The position numbers and the translations under genes are program-made. 64,000 nucleotides of DNA from Candidatus Omnitrophota bacterium. GTDB taxonomy: Bacteria; Omnitrophota; Gorgyraeia; Gygaellales; Profunditerraquicolaceae. Location: positions 286,855 to 350,854 of the forward strand of contig JBAZJY010000002.1 of assembly GCA_041651115.1 (NCBI GenBank). The letters are read 5' to 3'. Numbering within the stretch: the first letter of the stretch is position 1; every line of letters begins with the position of its first letter. Shown here piece by piece: positions 48,367-57,798 of the stretch. The notes under the pieces were generated by a model. It searched no databases and was not told the DNA's origin. It saw only the letters and a list, made by a program, of their open reading frames with translations.

Positions 48367-50109
48367 ATGGATAAGAAGATCATATTATTAAAGGATACCG
48401 AAAGCTCTGCCCAGGATACTACCCGCGACGTTTACACGCTTTTTGTAAATCAGGTCAGGGAAGGCGGGCTTGAAGAAAAAGTACAGGTAGTCAGGGTGGC
48501 TGACATCGGTATTTATAACCAGGGCGTGATCGTTAAGGTCATGCCGGATAACGTCATATACTCCAATGTCAAGGAGCCTGATATCAGCCGGATCATTGAG
48601 CAGACCGTAAAAACGGGCAAGGTGATTGAAGAATTGCGCTTTAAACAGCCGCCCAAGCAGATAAGGATCGTGCTGCGTAATTGCGGAGTGATTGACCCGG
48701 AAAATATAGACGATTATATTGCCGTTGACGGCTATCAGGCATTAAGGAAAGTTTTATTTGAATATACCCCGGAAAAAGTCATTGAAGAAATGAAAAAAAG
48801 CAGCTTGCGCGGCAGAGGAGGCGCAGGTTTTCCTACTTGGCTGAAATGGAAGCTTACCCGCGACATAAAAGCCGATCAGAAATATATTATCTGTAATGCC
48901 GATGAAGGCGATCCGGGCGCGTATATGGACAGGAGCGTACTGGAAGGCGATCCGCATTCAGTCATTGAAGGCCTGGCCATTGCCGGTTTTGCCATCGGCG
49001 CCTCCCAGGGCTATTTTTATGTCAGGGCAGAATATCCGCTGGCAGTAGAAAGGGCTAAGAAGGCGATTACGCAGGCGCGTGAATACGGGCTTTTGGGAAA
49101 AGATATTTTAGGGAGCGGCTTTGATTTTGACTTAGACATAAGGTTAGGCGCCGGGGCATTTGTCTGCGGCGAAGAAACCGCGTTGATCGCTTCAATCGAA
49201 GGCAAACGCGGCACCCCGCGTCCGCGTCCGCCGTATCCTTCAGTCAAAGGGTTATGGGATAAACCTACGGCGATCAATAACGTTGAAACGCTGGCAAATA
49301 TCGCTCCGATAATCTTAAAAGGCGGGGATTGGTATGCTTCAATCGGCACGGAAAAATCAAAAGGCACCAAGGTATTTGCGCTTACCGGAAAAGTAAAAAA
49401 TTCCGGGCTGGTAGAAGTGCCGATGGGCATTACTTTGCGGGAGATAGTTTTTGATATTGGCGGCGGGATGATCTCTTCCAAAGGCATAAAGGCAGTGCAG
49501 ACCGGCGGCCCGTCAGGCGGGGTGATCCCCAAAGAATACCTGGATACGCCGGTTGATTATGAGAACCTGCAGAAGCTCGGCTCGATCATGGGTTCAGGCG
49601 GCATGATCGTCATGGACGAAGACGATTGCATGGTGGACATTGCCAAATTTTATCTCGGGTTTTGCGTGGATGAATCTTGCGGTAAGTGCGTTCCCTGCCG
49701 CATCGGCGGCTATCAGATGCTTACGGTATTAAACAGGATATCCGAAGGTAAGGGCGTTTCTTCCGATAAGGATAAATTAAAGAAGATCGCGCAGGCGATG
49801 CAAAAGGCTTCGCTCTGCGCCTTGGGGCAGACCGCGGCAAACCCGGTTATTTCCACGCTTAAATATTTTGAAGAAGAATATAACGACCATATTGCCAACA
49901 AAAAATGCCGTTCGCACAAATGCACCCATTTACTGGCGTATAACATTATCCAGGAAAAATGCAAGCGCTGCCGGGTATGCGTGATCAATTGCCCGGTCAA
50001 TGCCATTGAAGGCGATAAGGAAAAAGGCTTTAATATCCGTATGGATACTTGCGTAAAATGCGGAAAGTGTTTTGAGGTATGTAAATTCGGGGCAATCTCC
50101 AAGGAGTAA
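48367..50109 (+). CDS. hndC: NuoF-like NAD(P)H-binding flavoprotein subunit with Fe-S clusters
   Basis: 580 aa; FMN/NADH motifs ([16 protein letters not shown]), C-terminal 4Fe-4S ferredoxin-like Cys motifs. Confidence 0.85.
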   Translation: MDKKIILLKDTESSAQDTTRDVYTLFVNQVREGGLEEKVQVVRVADIGIYNQGVIVKVMPDNVIYSNVKEPDISRIIEQTVKTGKVIEELRFKQPPKQIRIVLRNCGVIDPENIDDYIAVDGYQALRKVLFEYTPEKVIEEMKKSSLRGRGGAGFPTWLKWKLTRDIKADQKYIICNADEGDPGAYMDRSVLEGDPHSVIEGLAIAGFAIGASQGYFYVRAEYPLAVERAKKAITQAREYGLLGKDILGSGFDFDLDIRLGAGAFVCGEETALIASIEGKRGTPRPRPPYPSVKGLWDKPTAINNVETLANIAPIILKGGDWYASIGTEKSKGTKVFALTGKVKNSGLVEVPMGITLREIVFDIGGGMISSKGIKAVQTGGPSGGVIPKEYLDTPVDYENLQKLGSIMGSGGMIVMDEDDCMVDIAKFYLGFCVDESCGKCVPCRIGGYQMLTVLNRISEGKGVSSDKDKLKKIAQAMQKASLCALGQTAANPVISTLKYFEEEYNDHIANKKCRSHKCTHLLAYNIIQEKCKRCRVCVINCPVNAIEGDKEKGFNIRMDTCVKCGKCFEVCKFGAISKE

Positions 50110-50113
50110 ATGA

Positions 50114-51859
50114 ATGGTTAACGCCAAGATCAACGATATCCCGGTAAGCGTAAAGCAAGGCACAACGATCCTTGACGCCGCAAAACAGGTGCAGATCAAG
50201 ATCCCGACCCTGTGCAAACATCCGGACCTGCCTCCGGGAGCAGGCTGTGGGCTATGCATTGTAAAGATCAAGGGTTCACAAAAAATGCTTAGGGCTTGCT
50301 GCACGCCGATTGAAAACGGGATGGAAGTGGTTACGCATGACCCGGAGATCGTTGCGGTAAGGCGGACAGTAGTTGAATTAATACTTTCCAACCATCCTAA
50401 TGACTGCCTGCAGTGCGGAAGGAATAATAATTGCGAGCTCCAGGCGCTGGTAGCGGATTTCGGCATCAGGCAGGAACCGTTTGATAAATTTTTACCGGAT
50501 GTTGCCAAGGATGATTCCACTAAGACTATCGTGCTCGATGCCCAAAAGTGCATCCGCTGCGGCAGGTGCGTGGAAGTATGCCAGGATATGCAGGATGTCT
50601 GGGCATTGTCGTTTTTAGAAAGAGGATTTTGCACCCGGATATCTCCTGCCGGTGACATCAAGCTTGCGGATTCTCCCTGTATCAGGTGCGGGCAGTGCTC
50701 AAACCATTGCCCGACAGGCGCGATCGTAGAAATGGATGAGACTGCCAGAGTCTGGGAAGCGCTGCAGGACCAGGATAAATATTGTGTGGTCCAGATCGCT
50801 CCGGCAGTAAGGGTGGCGATCGGCGAGGCTTTCGGATTTCCGATCGGCACGAACCTGACGAAAAAATTATACGCACTTTTACGCAGGATAGGTTTTAAAG
50901 CGGTATTTGACACCAATTTCGGCGCGGACGTAACGATCATGGAAGAGGGAAATGAGTTCATCGATAAATTCACGAAGAACCCTTCAGCGCTTCCCTTGAT
51001 CACCAGCTGCTGCCCGGCATGGGTGGATTTCATGGAAAAGTTCCATCCTGACATGATCAGCCATTTTTCCTCCTGTAAGTCGCCGCATGAGATCGTGGGA
51101 GTGCTGTCAAAAACATATTATGCCCAGAAAAATAATATTGACCCGGCAAAGATATTTGTCGTCTCGGTCATGCCTTGCACCGCTAAAAAGAACGAGATCG
51201 TCCGGGGCGAGGAAATGTTTTCTTCCGGATCGCAAGACGTGAATGTCTCTCTTACTACCCGCGAATTGGCAAGGATGATAAAGCAGGCAGGTATTGATTT
51301 TGCCAATTTGCCGGATGAGGATCCGGATTATATATTGGGCGACTATACCGGCGCCGGAGTGATTTTTGGGGCAACCGGCGGGGTAATGGAAGCTGCGCTG
51401 CGTACTGCCTACTTTGTTTTGAACGGAAAAAATTTGGAGAACATCGACCTTACGCAGGTCAGGGGGCTGGACGGCGTCAAGGCCGCGGAAATTCCGATCA
51501 ACGGCAAGGTAGTTAAAGTCGCCGTAGCGCACGGCTTGAGCAACGTAGAATATGTTTTGAATAAAATAAGGGAAGCCAAAAAGAATAAACAGGAACCGCC
51601 GTATCATTTTGTGGAAGTTATGGCCTGTCTCGGCGGATGCGTAGGCGGCGGCGGACAGCCTTACGGGGTAACCGATGAATTAAGGATGAAGCGCGCAAGC
51701 GGCATTTACCAGGACGATAAAGAATGCAAACAACGCTTTTCCCACGAGAACCCTCATGTGAAAAAGCTTTACGAAGAATTCTTGGATAAACCGCTGAGCA
51801 AAAAATCGCACAAGTATCTACACACGCGTTATAAAGCAAGGCCGGTGTATTCAAAATAA
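50114..51859 (+). CDS. hndD: [FeFe] hydrogenase catalytic subunit (group A, multimeric NAD(P)-linked type)
   Basis: 581 aa; N-terminal 2Fe-2S + two 4Fe-4S domains; H-cluster motifs L1 TSCCPAW, L2 MPCTAKKNE, L3 EVMACLGGCVGGGGQP. Confidence 0.9.
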   Translation: MVNAKINDIPVSVKQGTTILDAAKQVQIKIPTLCKHPDLPPGAGCGLCIVKIKGSQKMLRACCTPIENGMEVVTHDPEIVAVRRTVVELILSNHPNDCLQCGRNNNCELQALVADFGIRQEPFDKFLPDVAKDDSTKTIVLDAQKCIRCGRCVEVCQDMQDVWALSFLERGFCTRISPAGDIKLADSPCIRCGQCSNHCPTGAIVEMDETARVWEALQDQDKYCVVQIAPAVRVAIGEAFGFPIGTNLTKKLYALLRRIGFKAVFDTNFGADVTIMEEGNEFIDKFTKNPSALPLITSCCPAWVDFMEKFHPDMISHFSSCKSPHEIVGVLSKTYYAQKNNIDPAKIFVVSVMPCTAKKNEIVRGEEMFSSGSQDVNVSLTTRELARMIKQAGIDFANLPDEDPDYILGDYTGAGVIFGATGGVMEAALRTAYFVLNGKNLENIDLTQVRGLDGVKAAEIPINGKVVKVAVAHGLSNVEYVLNKIREAKKNKQEPPYHFVEVMACLGGCVGGGGQPYGVTDELRMKRASGIYQDDKECKQRFSHENPHVKKLYEEFLDKPLSKKSHKYLHTRYKARPVYSK

Positions 51860-51926
51860 GATCTTAACGATCCTGCGGTAAGGAACCATGCGGTTCTGAA
51901 ACTAAGGGAAAGAGCGAGGAAAAATT

Positions 51927-51970
51927 GTCCCGATCTTTTCAGCAGGAACGAAGAGGTCGGGACTTATTTA
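51927..51970 (+). terminator. Putative terminator hairpin GTCCCGA-N23-TCGGGAC + TTATTTA
   Basis: Read directly after hndD stop; weak T-run. Confidence 0.35.
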
Positions 51971-52015
51971 TAATGATCCGTTTTGCGGGTCCTGCCTAAA
52001 AGGATGGAGGAGTTT

Positions 52016-52267
52016 ATGGAACGCAGGTTGGGATTTGTGGGGATTATCGTTGAGAACAGGAAAGCCGCGGCAGCCAGCGTGAACAAGGTACTTTCTGATT
52101 CCGGGGAGATCATCGCGGCAAGGATGGGCCTGCCGTACGCCAAGAAAAATTGCTGCGTGATTACCCTGATCGTTGACGCGACTACGGATGAGGTGGGCGC
52201 CTTGACCGGAAAGCTGGGCTTGATAAAAGGCGTATCGGTTAAATCCGCGCTGAGTAAATGCGGATAA
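52016..52267 (+). CDS. TM1266-like small ACT-fold protein (putative iron-only hydrogenase system regulator)
   Basis: 83 aa from ATG 52016 (SD GGATGGAGGAG); family recalled as co-occurring with hydEFG. Confidence 0.55.
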   Translation: MERRLGFVGIIVENRKAAAASVNKVLSDSGEIIAARMGLPYAKKNCCVITLIVDATTDEVGALTGKLGLIKGVSVKSALSKCG

Positions 52268-52274
52268 AAGAATA

Positions 52275-53666
52275 ATGAAGTATATTAACGAAACAAAGAT
52301 TAACGGTTTGTTGGAAGCGGCAAAAAAAGCAAGGCCGTTTGATATAGGCGCCATATTAGAGAAAAGCCGGAAACTTAAACGCCTCAATTTGGCAGAAACT
52401 GCTGCGCTTTTGGCTGCCGATGATCCGGAAAGCATAAAAAAGATCTTTGCCGCCGCCTCTTACGTAAAAGATACCATTTACGGCAGGCGGGTGGTGCTTT
52501 TTGCGCCCCTTTATATCAGTAATATCTGCGCTAACAACTGCCTTTACTGCGCGTTCAAGTCTGACAATACCATGACAAAGCGCCGCGCGCTTTCCGCGCG
52601 AGAGATAAAAGAACAGACAGAATGGCTGTTAAACCGCGGGCACAAACGCATTTTAATGGTTGCCGGAGAAGCTGCTCCGTCGGGAATGGCAAACGTTGAT
52701 TATTATGTTGAAGCAGTGCGGGCGATCTATTCTGCCGGCGTGGGGCAGCACCGCATAAAGCGCGTCAATGTCAACTGCGCGCCGTTAAGCACCGAAGAAT
52801 TCAAAAAATTAAAGGCTTCCGGCATCGGCACATACCAGTTATTTCAGGAAACTTATCATGAGGCGACTTACCGTAATGTACACATTAAAGGCCCGAAGTC
52901 AGACCCTGATAACCGCATCGACGCGGTTGACCGCGCGTTCCTTGCGGGCATAGACGATATCGGTATCGGCGCGCTTTACGGGCTCTATGACTGGAAATTT
53001 GAAACGCTGGCAATGCTTATGCACATAGAGCATATGGAGAGCCGCTTTAATGTCGGGCCGCATACGATCTCTGTGCCGCGCATTGAGCCTGCGCTGGGGG
53101 TGAGCTTTACGGAAGATATGCCTTATGCATTAAGCGATAATGAATTCAAGCGCTTAGTCGCGGTGTTAAGGCTTTCCGTGCCTTACACCGGCATAATCCT
53201 TTCCACGCGCGAGAGCCCTGATATGCGCGACGCGCTTTTCTCTCTGGGTGTATCACAGATCAGCGCCGAATCGCGCACTTCGCCCGGCGGCTATTCTTCG
53301 GATGATAATAACCGTAATCACGACATCCAATTCACCATCGGGGACCAGCGAAGCCTTGATGAGGTCATCGGTTCGTTGATCAAGCAAAAATTCATCCCCA
53401 GTTTCTGCGCTGCCTGTTACCGTAAAGAGCGCACGGGAAAGGCCTTTATGAAATTGGCAAAACCCGGAACGATTAAAGGTAAATGCAGCATGAACGCGCT
53501 GATTACTTTAAAAGAATACCTGGATGATTTTGCTTCAGCGGCGGTGAAACAGGAAGGTTACGCGCTTATCAATAAGCTTAAAGGAACCCTGGATCCTGCG
53601 GATCGAGAGATTTTGGCAAAATTTTTCCGTGGTATAGATAAAGGTAAGCGAGATGAGTTCGTTTAA
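52275..53666 (+). CDS. hydG: [FeFe] hydrogenase maturase HydG (radical SAM tyrosine lyase)
   Basis: 463 aa; CANNCLYC radical-SAM motif; C-terminal CxxC-N22-C auxiliary cluster. Confidence 0.85.
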   Translation: MKYINETKINGLLEAAKKARPFDIGAILEKSRKLKRLNLAETAALLAADDPESIKKIFAAASYVKDTIYGRRVVLFAPLYISNICANNCLYCAFKSDNTMTKRRALSAREIKEQTEWLLNRGHKRILMVAGEAAPSGMANVDYYVEAVRAIYSAGVGQHRIKRVNVNCAPLSTEEFKKLKASGIGTYQLFQETYHEATYRNVHIKGPKSDPDNRIDAVDRAFLAGIDDIGIGALYGLYDWKFETLAMLMHIEHMESRFNVGPHTISVPRIEPALGVSFTEDMPYALSDNEFKRLVAVLRLSVPYTGIILSTRESPDMRDALFSLGVSQISAESRTSPGGYSSDDNNRNHDIQFTIGDQRSLDEVIGSLIKQKFIPSFCAACYRKERTGKAFMKLAKPGTIKGKCSMNALITLKEYLDDFASAAVKQEGYALINKLKGTLDPADREILAKFFRGIDKGKRDEFV

Positions 53667-54705
53667 GATCCTGGTTTTATTAAAAGATGTATTGGACAGT
53701 CCTATGCCTGACCGTCGCGCCTTGGAATTTCTGCTTGGTCTTCAACGCGATGATCAAAAAAGGGTGCTTTTTGATTACGCCGATGCCATACGCAAACAAT
53801 TTGCCGGAGACGGTATACTTTTACGGGGCATAATTGAATTTTCCAGCTATTGCAAGAACCGCTGTTTTTACTGCGGGCTAAGCAGCCGCAATAAAGCGTT
53901 AAAGCGTTATCGCCTTAGCCTTGAGGAAATATTAGAAAGCGCCGAACAGGTCGCTTCGGCAAAAATTAAGACTGTTGTTTTACAGTCAGGCGAAGACCCG
54001 AAAACTGACAGTAAATGGCTGGCGGAAATAATCAAGGAAATAAAATCCCGTTTTGCCGATATGGCAGTCACTCTGGCCGTAGGCGAAAGGCCGGCTAAAG
54101 ACTATAAACTTTGGCGAAGGGCAGGCGCGGACAGGTATTTACTTAAGATCGAGACATCGGATAGGAAATTATACCGCAGGCTGCATCCGGGAATGAGCTT
54201 TGAAAACCGGCTAAAGTGCCTTAAGGAGTTGAAGAAGTCGGGTTATCAAGTCGGCTCGGGAAATATTATCGGCCTAAAAGGCCAGACCATAGAGAGTATC
54301 GCGCGTGATATTATTTTTTTTAAGGAGCGCGGCTTTGAAATGATCGGCATTGGGCCGTTCATCCCGCATGATAAGACCGAGCTGGCAAAAGAAACTCGCG
54401 GCGATATAGCGCTTACTTTAAAAGCGCTGGCATTGACGCGCGTAGTTACCAAATACGCGCATCTACCGGCAACCACTGCTTTAGGCAGCCAGGAAAAAGA
54501 CTTTCGTATAGACGGGCTTAAGGCAGGGGCAAACGTTTTGATGCCGAATTTTACCCCTCAAGGATACAAGGCGCGTTATGAAATATATCCGGGTAAAAGG
54601 TGCGTCGGAGAGTCTTCCGGTGAATGCAGCGGTTGCATGGAAGCAAAAGCAAGGTCAATTGGCAGGTTCATAGATTATTCACGAGGAGACGCGTTAAATG
54701 TATAG
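53653..54705 (+). CDS. hydE: [FeFe] hydrogenase maturase HydE (radical SAM)
   Basis: 350 aa; CKNRCFYC motif; BioB-like fold. Confidence 0.8.
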   Translation: MSSFKILVLLKDVLDSPMPDRRALEFLLGLQRDDQKRVLFDYADAIRKQFAGDGILLRGIIEFSSYCKNRCFYCGLSSRNKALKRYRLSLEEILESAEQVASAKIKTVVLQSGEDPKTDSKWLAEIIKEIKSRFADMAVTLAVGERPAKDYKLWRRAGADRYLLKIETSDRKLYRRLHPGMSFENRLKCLKELKKSGYQVGSGNIIGLKGQTIESIARDIIFFKERGFEMIGIGPFIPHDKTELAKETRGDIALTLKALALTRVVTKYAHLPATTALGSQEKDFRIDGLKAGANVLMPNFTPQGYKARYEIYPGKRCVGESSGECSGCMEAKARSIGRFIDYSRGDALNV

Positions 54706-55906
54706 GACGCCGGCAAGTAACAGATTGCATATAGGGATATTCGGCAAGAGGAATACAGGTAAATCCAGCTTGATCAACGCACTGACCGGGCAGGATACTG
54801 CTATTGTCTCAGAGATTGCCGGCACGACCACCGATCCGGTTTATAAGGCAATGGAGATCAACCCTATCGGTCCGTGCATGTTAATCGATACTGCGGGTAT
54901 TGACGATGAAGGGATACTGGGAGAAGAACGGGTTAAACGTACATTAAAGGTTTTACGGAAAACCGACGTTGGGATTATTGTTGTTAACCCGGATACTCTA
55001 ATAGATAAATTTGAGGATGACCTGACAGCAGTTTTTAAAGATAAGAAGCTTCCCTTTATTTTCGTGATTAATAAATGTGATTTGGCAGGAACCAGGGCCG
55101 AGGAATACCTTAGGGCTGGGTCTTTGCCTTATATTAAAGTAAGCAGCGCTACCAAGGAAGGCATTGAAGAATTAAAGAAAAAAATCATGGATATTGCTCC
55201 GGGGCATTGGTCGCCGGTGCCTTTGGTAGGCGATATAATCAACAGCAAAGATACGATCGTGCTTGTCTGCCCGATTGACAGTGCTATGCCGCAAGGCAGA
55301 TTGATCTTGCCGCAGGTGCAGGTAATGCGCGACATACTTGACAACAACGCAATGGCTTTTGTCACCAAGGAAACAGAGCTGGATGCGGTCATCGCTTCTT
55401 TAAAAGAAAAACCCAGGCTGGTGATCACTGATTCACAGGTATTTGAGATTGTGCGCGACAGCCTGCCTAAAGATATCCCTTTAACGTCTTTCTCAACGGT
55501 TTTTGCCCGGCACAAAGGCGACTTACGCGCGTTTATCCAGGGAGTTTACGCAGTGGAGCATTTATCAGACGGCGACGAAATACTCATCGCGGAAGCCTGC
55601 ACGCACCATGTGCAGCCTGAAGATATCGGCAGGACCAAGATCCCCACCTGGCTTTTGAATTACACGCATAAGGAATTGCATTATGAGGTAACTGCCGGCG
55701 GTGATTTTCCCGACGACCTAAGCAGGTTTAAGCTGGTGATCTCCTGCGGCGGGTGTATGGTTAATCGCCGCGAATTATTGCACCGCATAGAAAAAGCGAA
55801 AAGTCAGAATATACCGATCACCAATTACGGTGTGTTAATGGCTTACCTTTCCGGAATTTTAGACCGCATCATTGAGCCTTTTAAAGGCGGGGTAGTAGCA
55901 GTATAA
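54698..55906 (+). CDS. hydF: [FeFe] hydrogenase maturation GTPase HydF
   Basis: 402 aa; P-loop GKRNTGKSS; C-terminal CxH...HCGGC cluster motif. Confidence 0.85.
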   Translation: MYRTPASNRLHIGIFGKRNTGKSSLINALTGQDTAIVSEIAGTTTDPVYKAMEINPIGPCMLIDTAGIDDEGILGEERVKRTLKVLRKTDVGIIVVNPDTLIDKFEDDLTAVFKDKKLPFIFVINKCDLAGTRAEEYLRAGSLPYIKVSSATKEGIEELKKKIMDIAPGHWSPVPLVGDIINSKDTIVLVCPIDSAMPQGRLILPQVQVMRDILDNNAMAFVTKETELDAVIASLKEKPRLVITDSQVFEIVRDSLPKDIPLTSFSTVFARHKGDLRAFIQGVYAVEHLSDGDEILIAEACTHHVQPEDIGRTKIPTWLLNYTHKELHYEVTAGGDFPDDLSRFKLVISCGGCMVNRRELLHRIEKAKSQNIPITNYGVLMAYLSGILDRIIEPFKGGVVAV

Positions 55907-55959
55907 AAATCTTGTGGCAAGAAGTTGCGGACAGTGTTAATATATGAAGGGGTGAACAT

Positions 55960-56322
55960 ATGAAAAAAGCCGTAATCGCGCTTATCGTATTGGTCGTGGC
56001 AGCAGCGTTCACTTGGCTGTTCCTGTATAACGGCATTGGCCGCTATAAATCAATGGTATTTGCGACCAATAACAGCAAGAACGCGGAAAAGCTAAAAGCA
56101 GGCATGGTCAAAAGCGAAGTGCTGACGATCATGGGCCCGCCTAATAAAGTGGAAATATATTCCGTAAACGGCCAGATACTTGAATTTTTGCTTTATCGCA
56201 CCAAAGCCTTTGATTTTTTCTTTAAGGATAAAGAGGCTAATTTTCTGCCTGTTGCCGTGGATAACACAAGCGGAAGGGTATTGAGCCTGGACAGGAGTTT
56301 TTATCTGGAGACCAGGAAATAA
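55960..56322 (+). CDS. Hypothetical N-terminally membrane-anchored protein
   Basis: 120 aa; single TM. Confidence 0.4.
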   Translation: MKKAVIALIVLVVAAAFTWLFLYNGIGRYKSMVFATNNSKNAEKLKAGMVKSEVLTIMGPPNKVEIYSVNGQILEFLLYRTKAFDFFFKDKEANFLPVAVDNTSGRVLSLDRSFYLETRK

Positions 56323-56337
56323 TTACCGTGGGGCGTT

Positions 56338-57369
56338 ATGCATAAAAAATTTATTTTTTCCGGTATTATTCTGTTTCTCGGCATTTGCCTTGGCGTTACG
56401 ACATCCTACGCGGAAAATAATGATTTTACAACCGGCTATCTCTGCGACTACGCGATGCAGCTGCACAGGCAAGGCAGGACCAGCGATGCCGTGCACCAAC
56501 TGGAAATAGCCCTTACTATTGACCCGGGGAATCAACTTGCCCTTAAATATCTTGATAAGATCAGCCCCGGGAACAAAAGATCCCGCAAGCCTGCCGGCAG
56601 CAGCCAAGCAGATGACTATGCCGCCAGGTTAAGGTCAATGCAGGAGGTGCAGGACGTTGCATTAGAGCGTGAAAAGGAATTACAGCTTTCAGTTAAGGAT
56701 AAAGAAAGCCGGCTTGAAACCTTGAGCAGCCAGCTGGAAAATTTTAAGTCTGCGATGGCTCAAAAAGATAAGGAATTGAAGCAAATAGAATCACAGTTGG
56801 AATCTGAAAAAGGCAGCCTTGCCAGCAAGGAAGAGGAACTAAGCTCTTTGCTCCAAGATAAGCAAAACGAGGTAGAACAGCTTAAGAAAAAGATGCTCGA
56901 GTTGGAGGGGGAAAAACGTTCCTATGAGAACGAACTGGAATCCCTTAACGCGTCCCTTTCGGAAAAAGAAAGCAGCCGTCAGGAACTTACCCGGGAACTT
57001 GAATCATTAAAAGGCCAATACGCCGAAGACCTCAAGCGCAACGAAGAGGATTTGGAAAAGGCGAGGCAGGATTATGAAAACCGCCTGATCTCTCTCGGCG
57101 GACAGCTTCAGGTAAAAGAAACGCTGATCCAAAAATTAAAGGATGATAATGCGGCAATGCTGGAAAAAGGCAAGCAGGAAAGACAAGAACAGTTAGGCCG
57201 GGTAGAAAAATTAATGGGTGAAATAGAAGAAATATTCCCCGATAAAGAAGAGTTGAAAGGCCGGACAGCAACTTCGTATGATGATATTGACGCAAAGAAC
57301 CGGCAGTTGGACAGAATAGACAGGCTGATGAAAGAAATTGAGGAAGTCCTGCCCGAATCCGATTTGTGA
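56338..57369 (+). CDS. Exported TPR + long coiled-coil protein
   Basis: 343 aa; signal peptide; heptad-rich (LE/SLK repeats). Confidence 0.5.
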   Translation: MHKKFIFSGIILFLGICLGVTTSYAENNDFTTGYLCDYAMQLHRQGRTSDAVHQLEIALTIDPGNQLALKYLDKISPGNKRSRKPAGSSQADDYAARLRSMQEVQDVALEREKELQLSVKDKESRLETLSSQLENFKSAMAQKDKELKQIESQLESEKGSLASKEEELSSLLQDKQNEVEQLKKKMLELEGEKRSYENELESLNASLSEKESSRQELTRELESLKGQYAEDLKRNEEDLEKARQDYENRLISLGGQLQVKETLIQKLKDDNAAMLEKGKQERQEQLGRVEKLMGEIEEIFPDKEELKGRTATSYDDIDAKNRQLDRIDRLMKEIEEVLPESDL

Positions 57370-57438
57370 ATTTACGCATTCTCCGTTCGTAATATCCCGT
57401 ATTAATAAAAAAGCAACTTTCTGTGCGAGGAGCTATAG

Positions 57439-57798
57439 ATGAAAAGATTTGTGCTTTATTTATTTCGTTGGCAGTTAAGTACCCCGATACTCTGGTTGGT
57501 GTTGAGAAAAATGGGCGCGGGCATATTTGCGACGGTAGTCGCGAACTTGATCGGCGGAGCGATATTCTTCTGGGTGGATAAATTTATCTTTACTTCGCAT
57601 GCGATCGAAGTCTGGCACATTAAAGAAAAAGGCATCTGCGATAAATGCGGCAAGGAAGCAAGCGTCTGGAGGCTGGTCAAGGCAAAAAATTACGACCGTT
57701 CAGGGTCAAGGCCGGTTTTCCTTTGCAGCCGCTGTTCTAAGGAAAAACTTAGCGAATTAAAATCAAGGGGAATCAAACCAAATAGCCCGATAAAATGA
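57439..57798 (+). CDS. Membrane protein with C-terminal CxxC...CxxC zinc-ribbon
   Basis: 119 aa; 2 TM then CDKCG...CSRCS. Confidence 0.4.
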   Translation: MKRFVLYLFRWQLSTPILWLVLRKMGAGIFATVVANLIGGAIFFWVDKFIFTSHAIEVWHIKEKGICDKCGKEASVWRLVKAKNYDRSGSRPVFLCSRCSKEKLSELKSRGIKPNSPIK

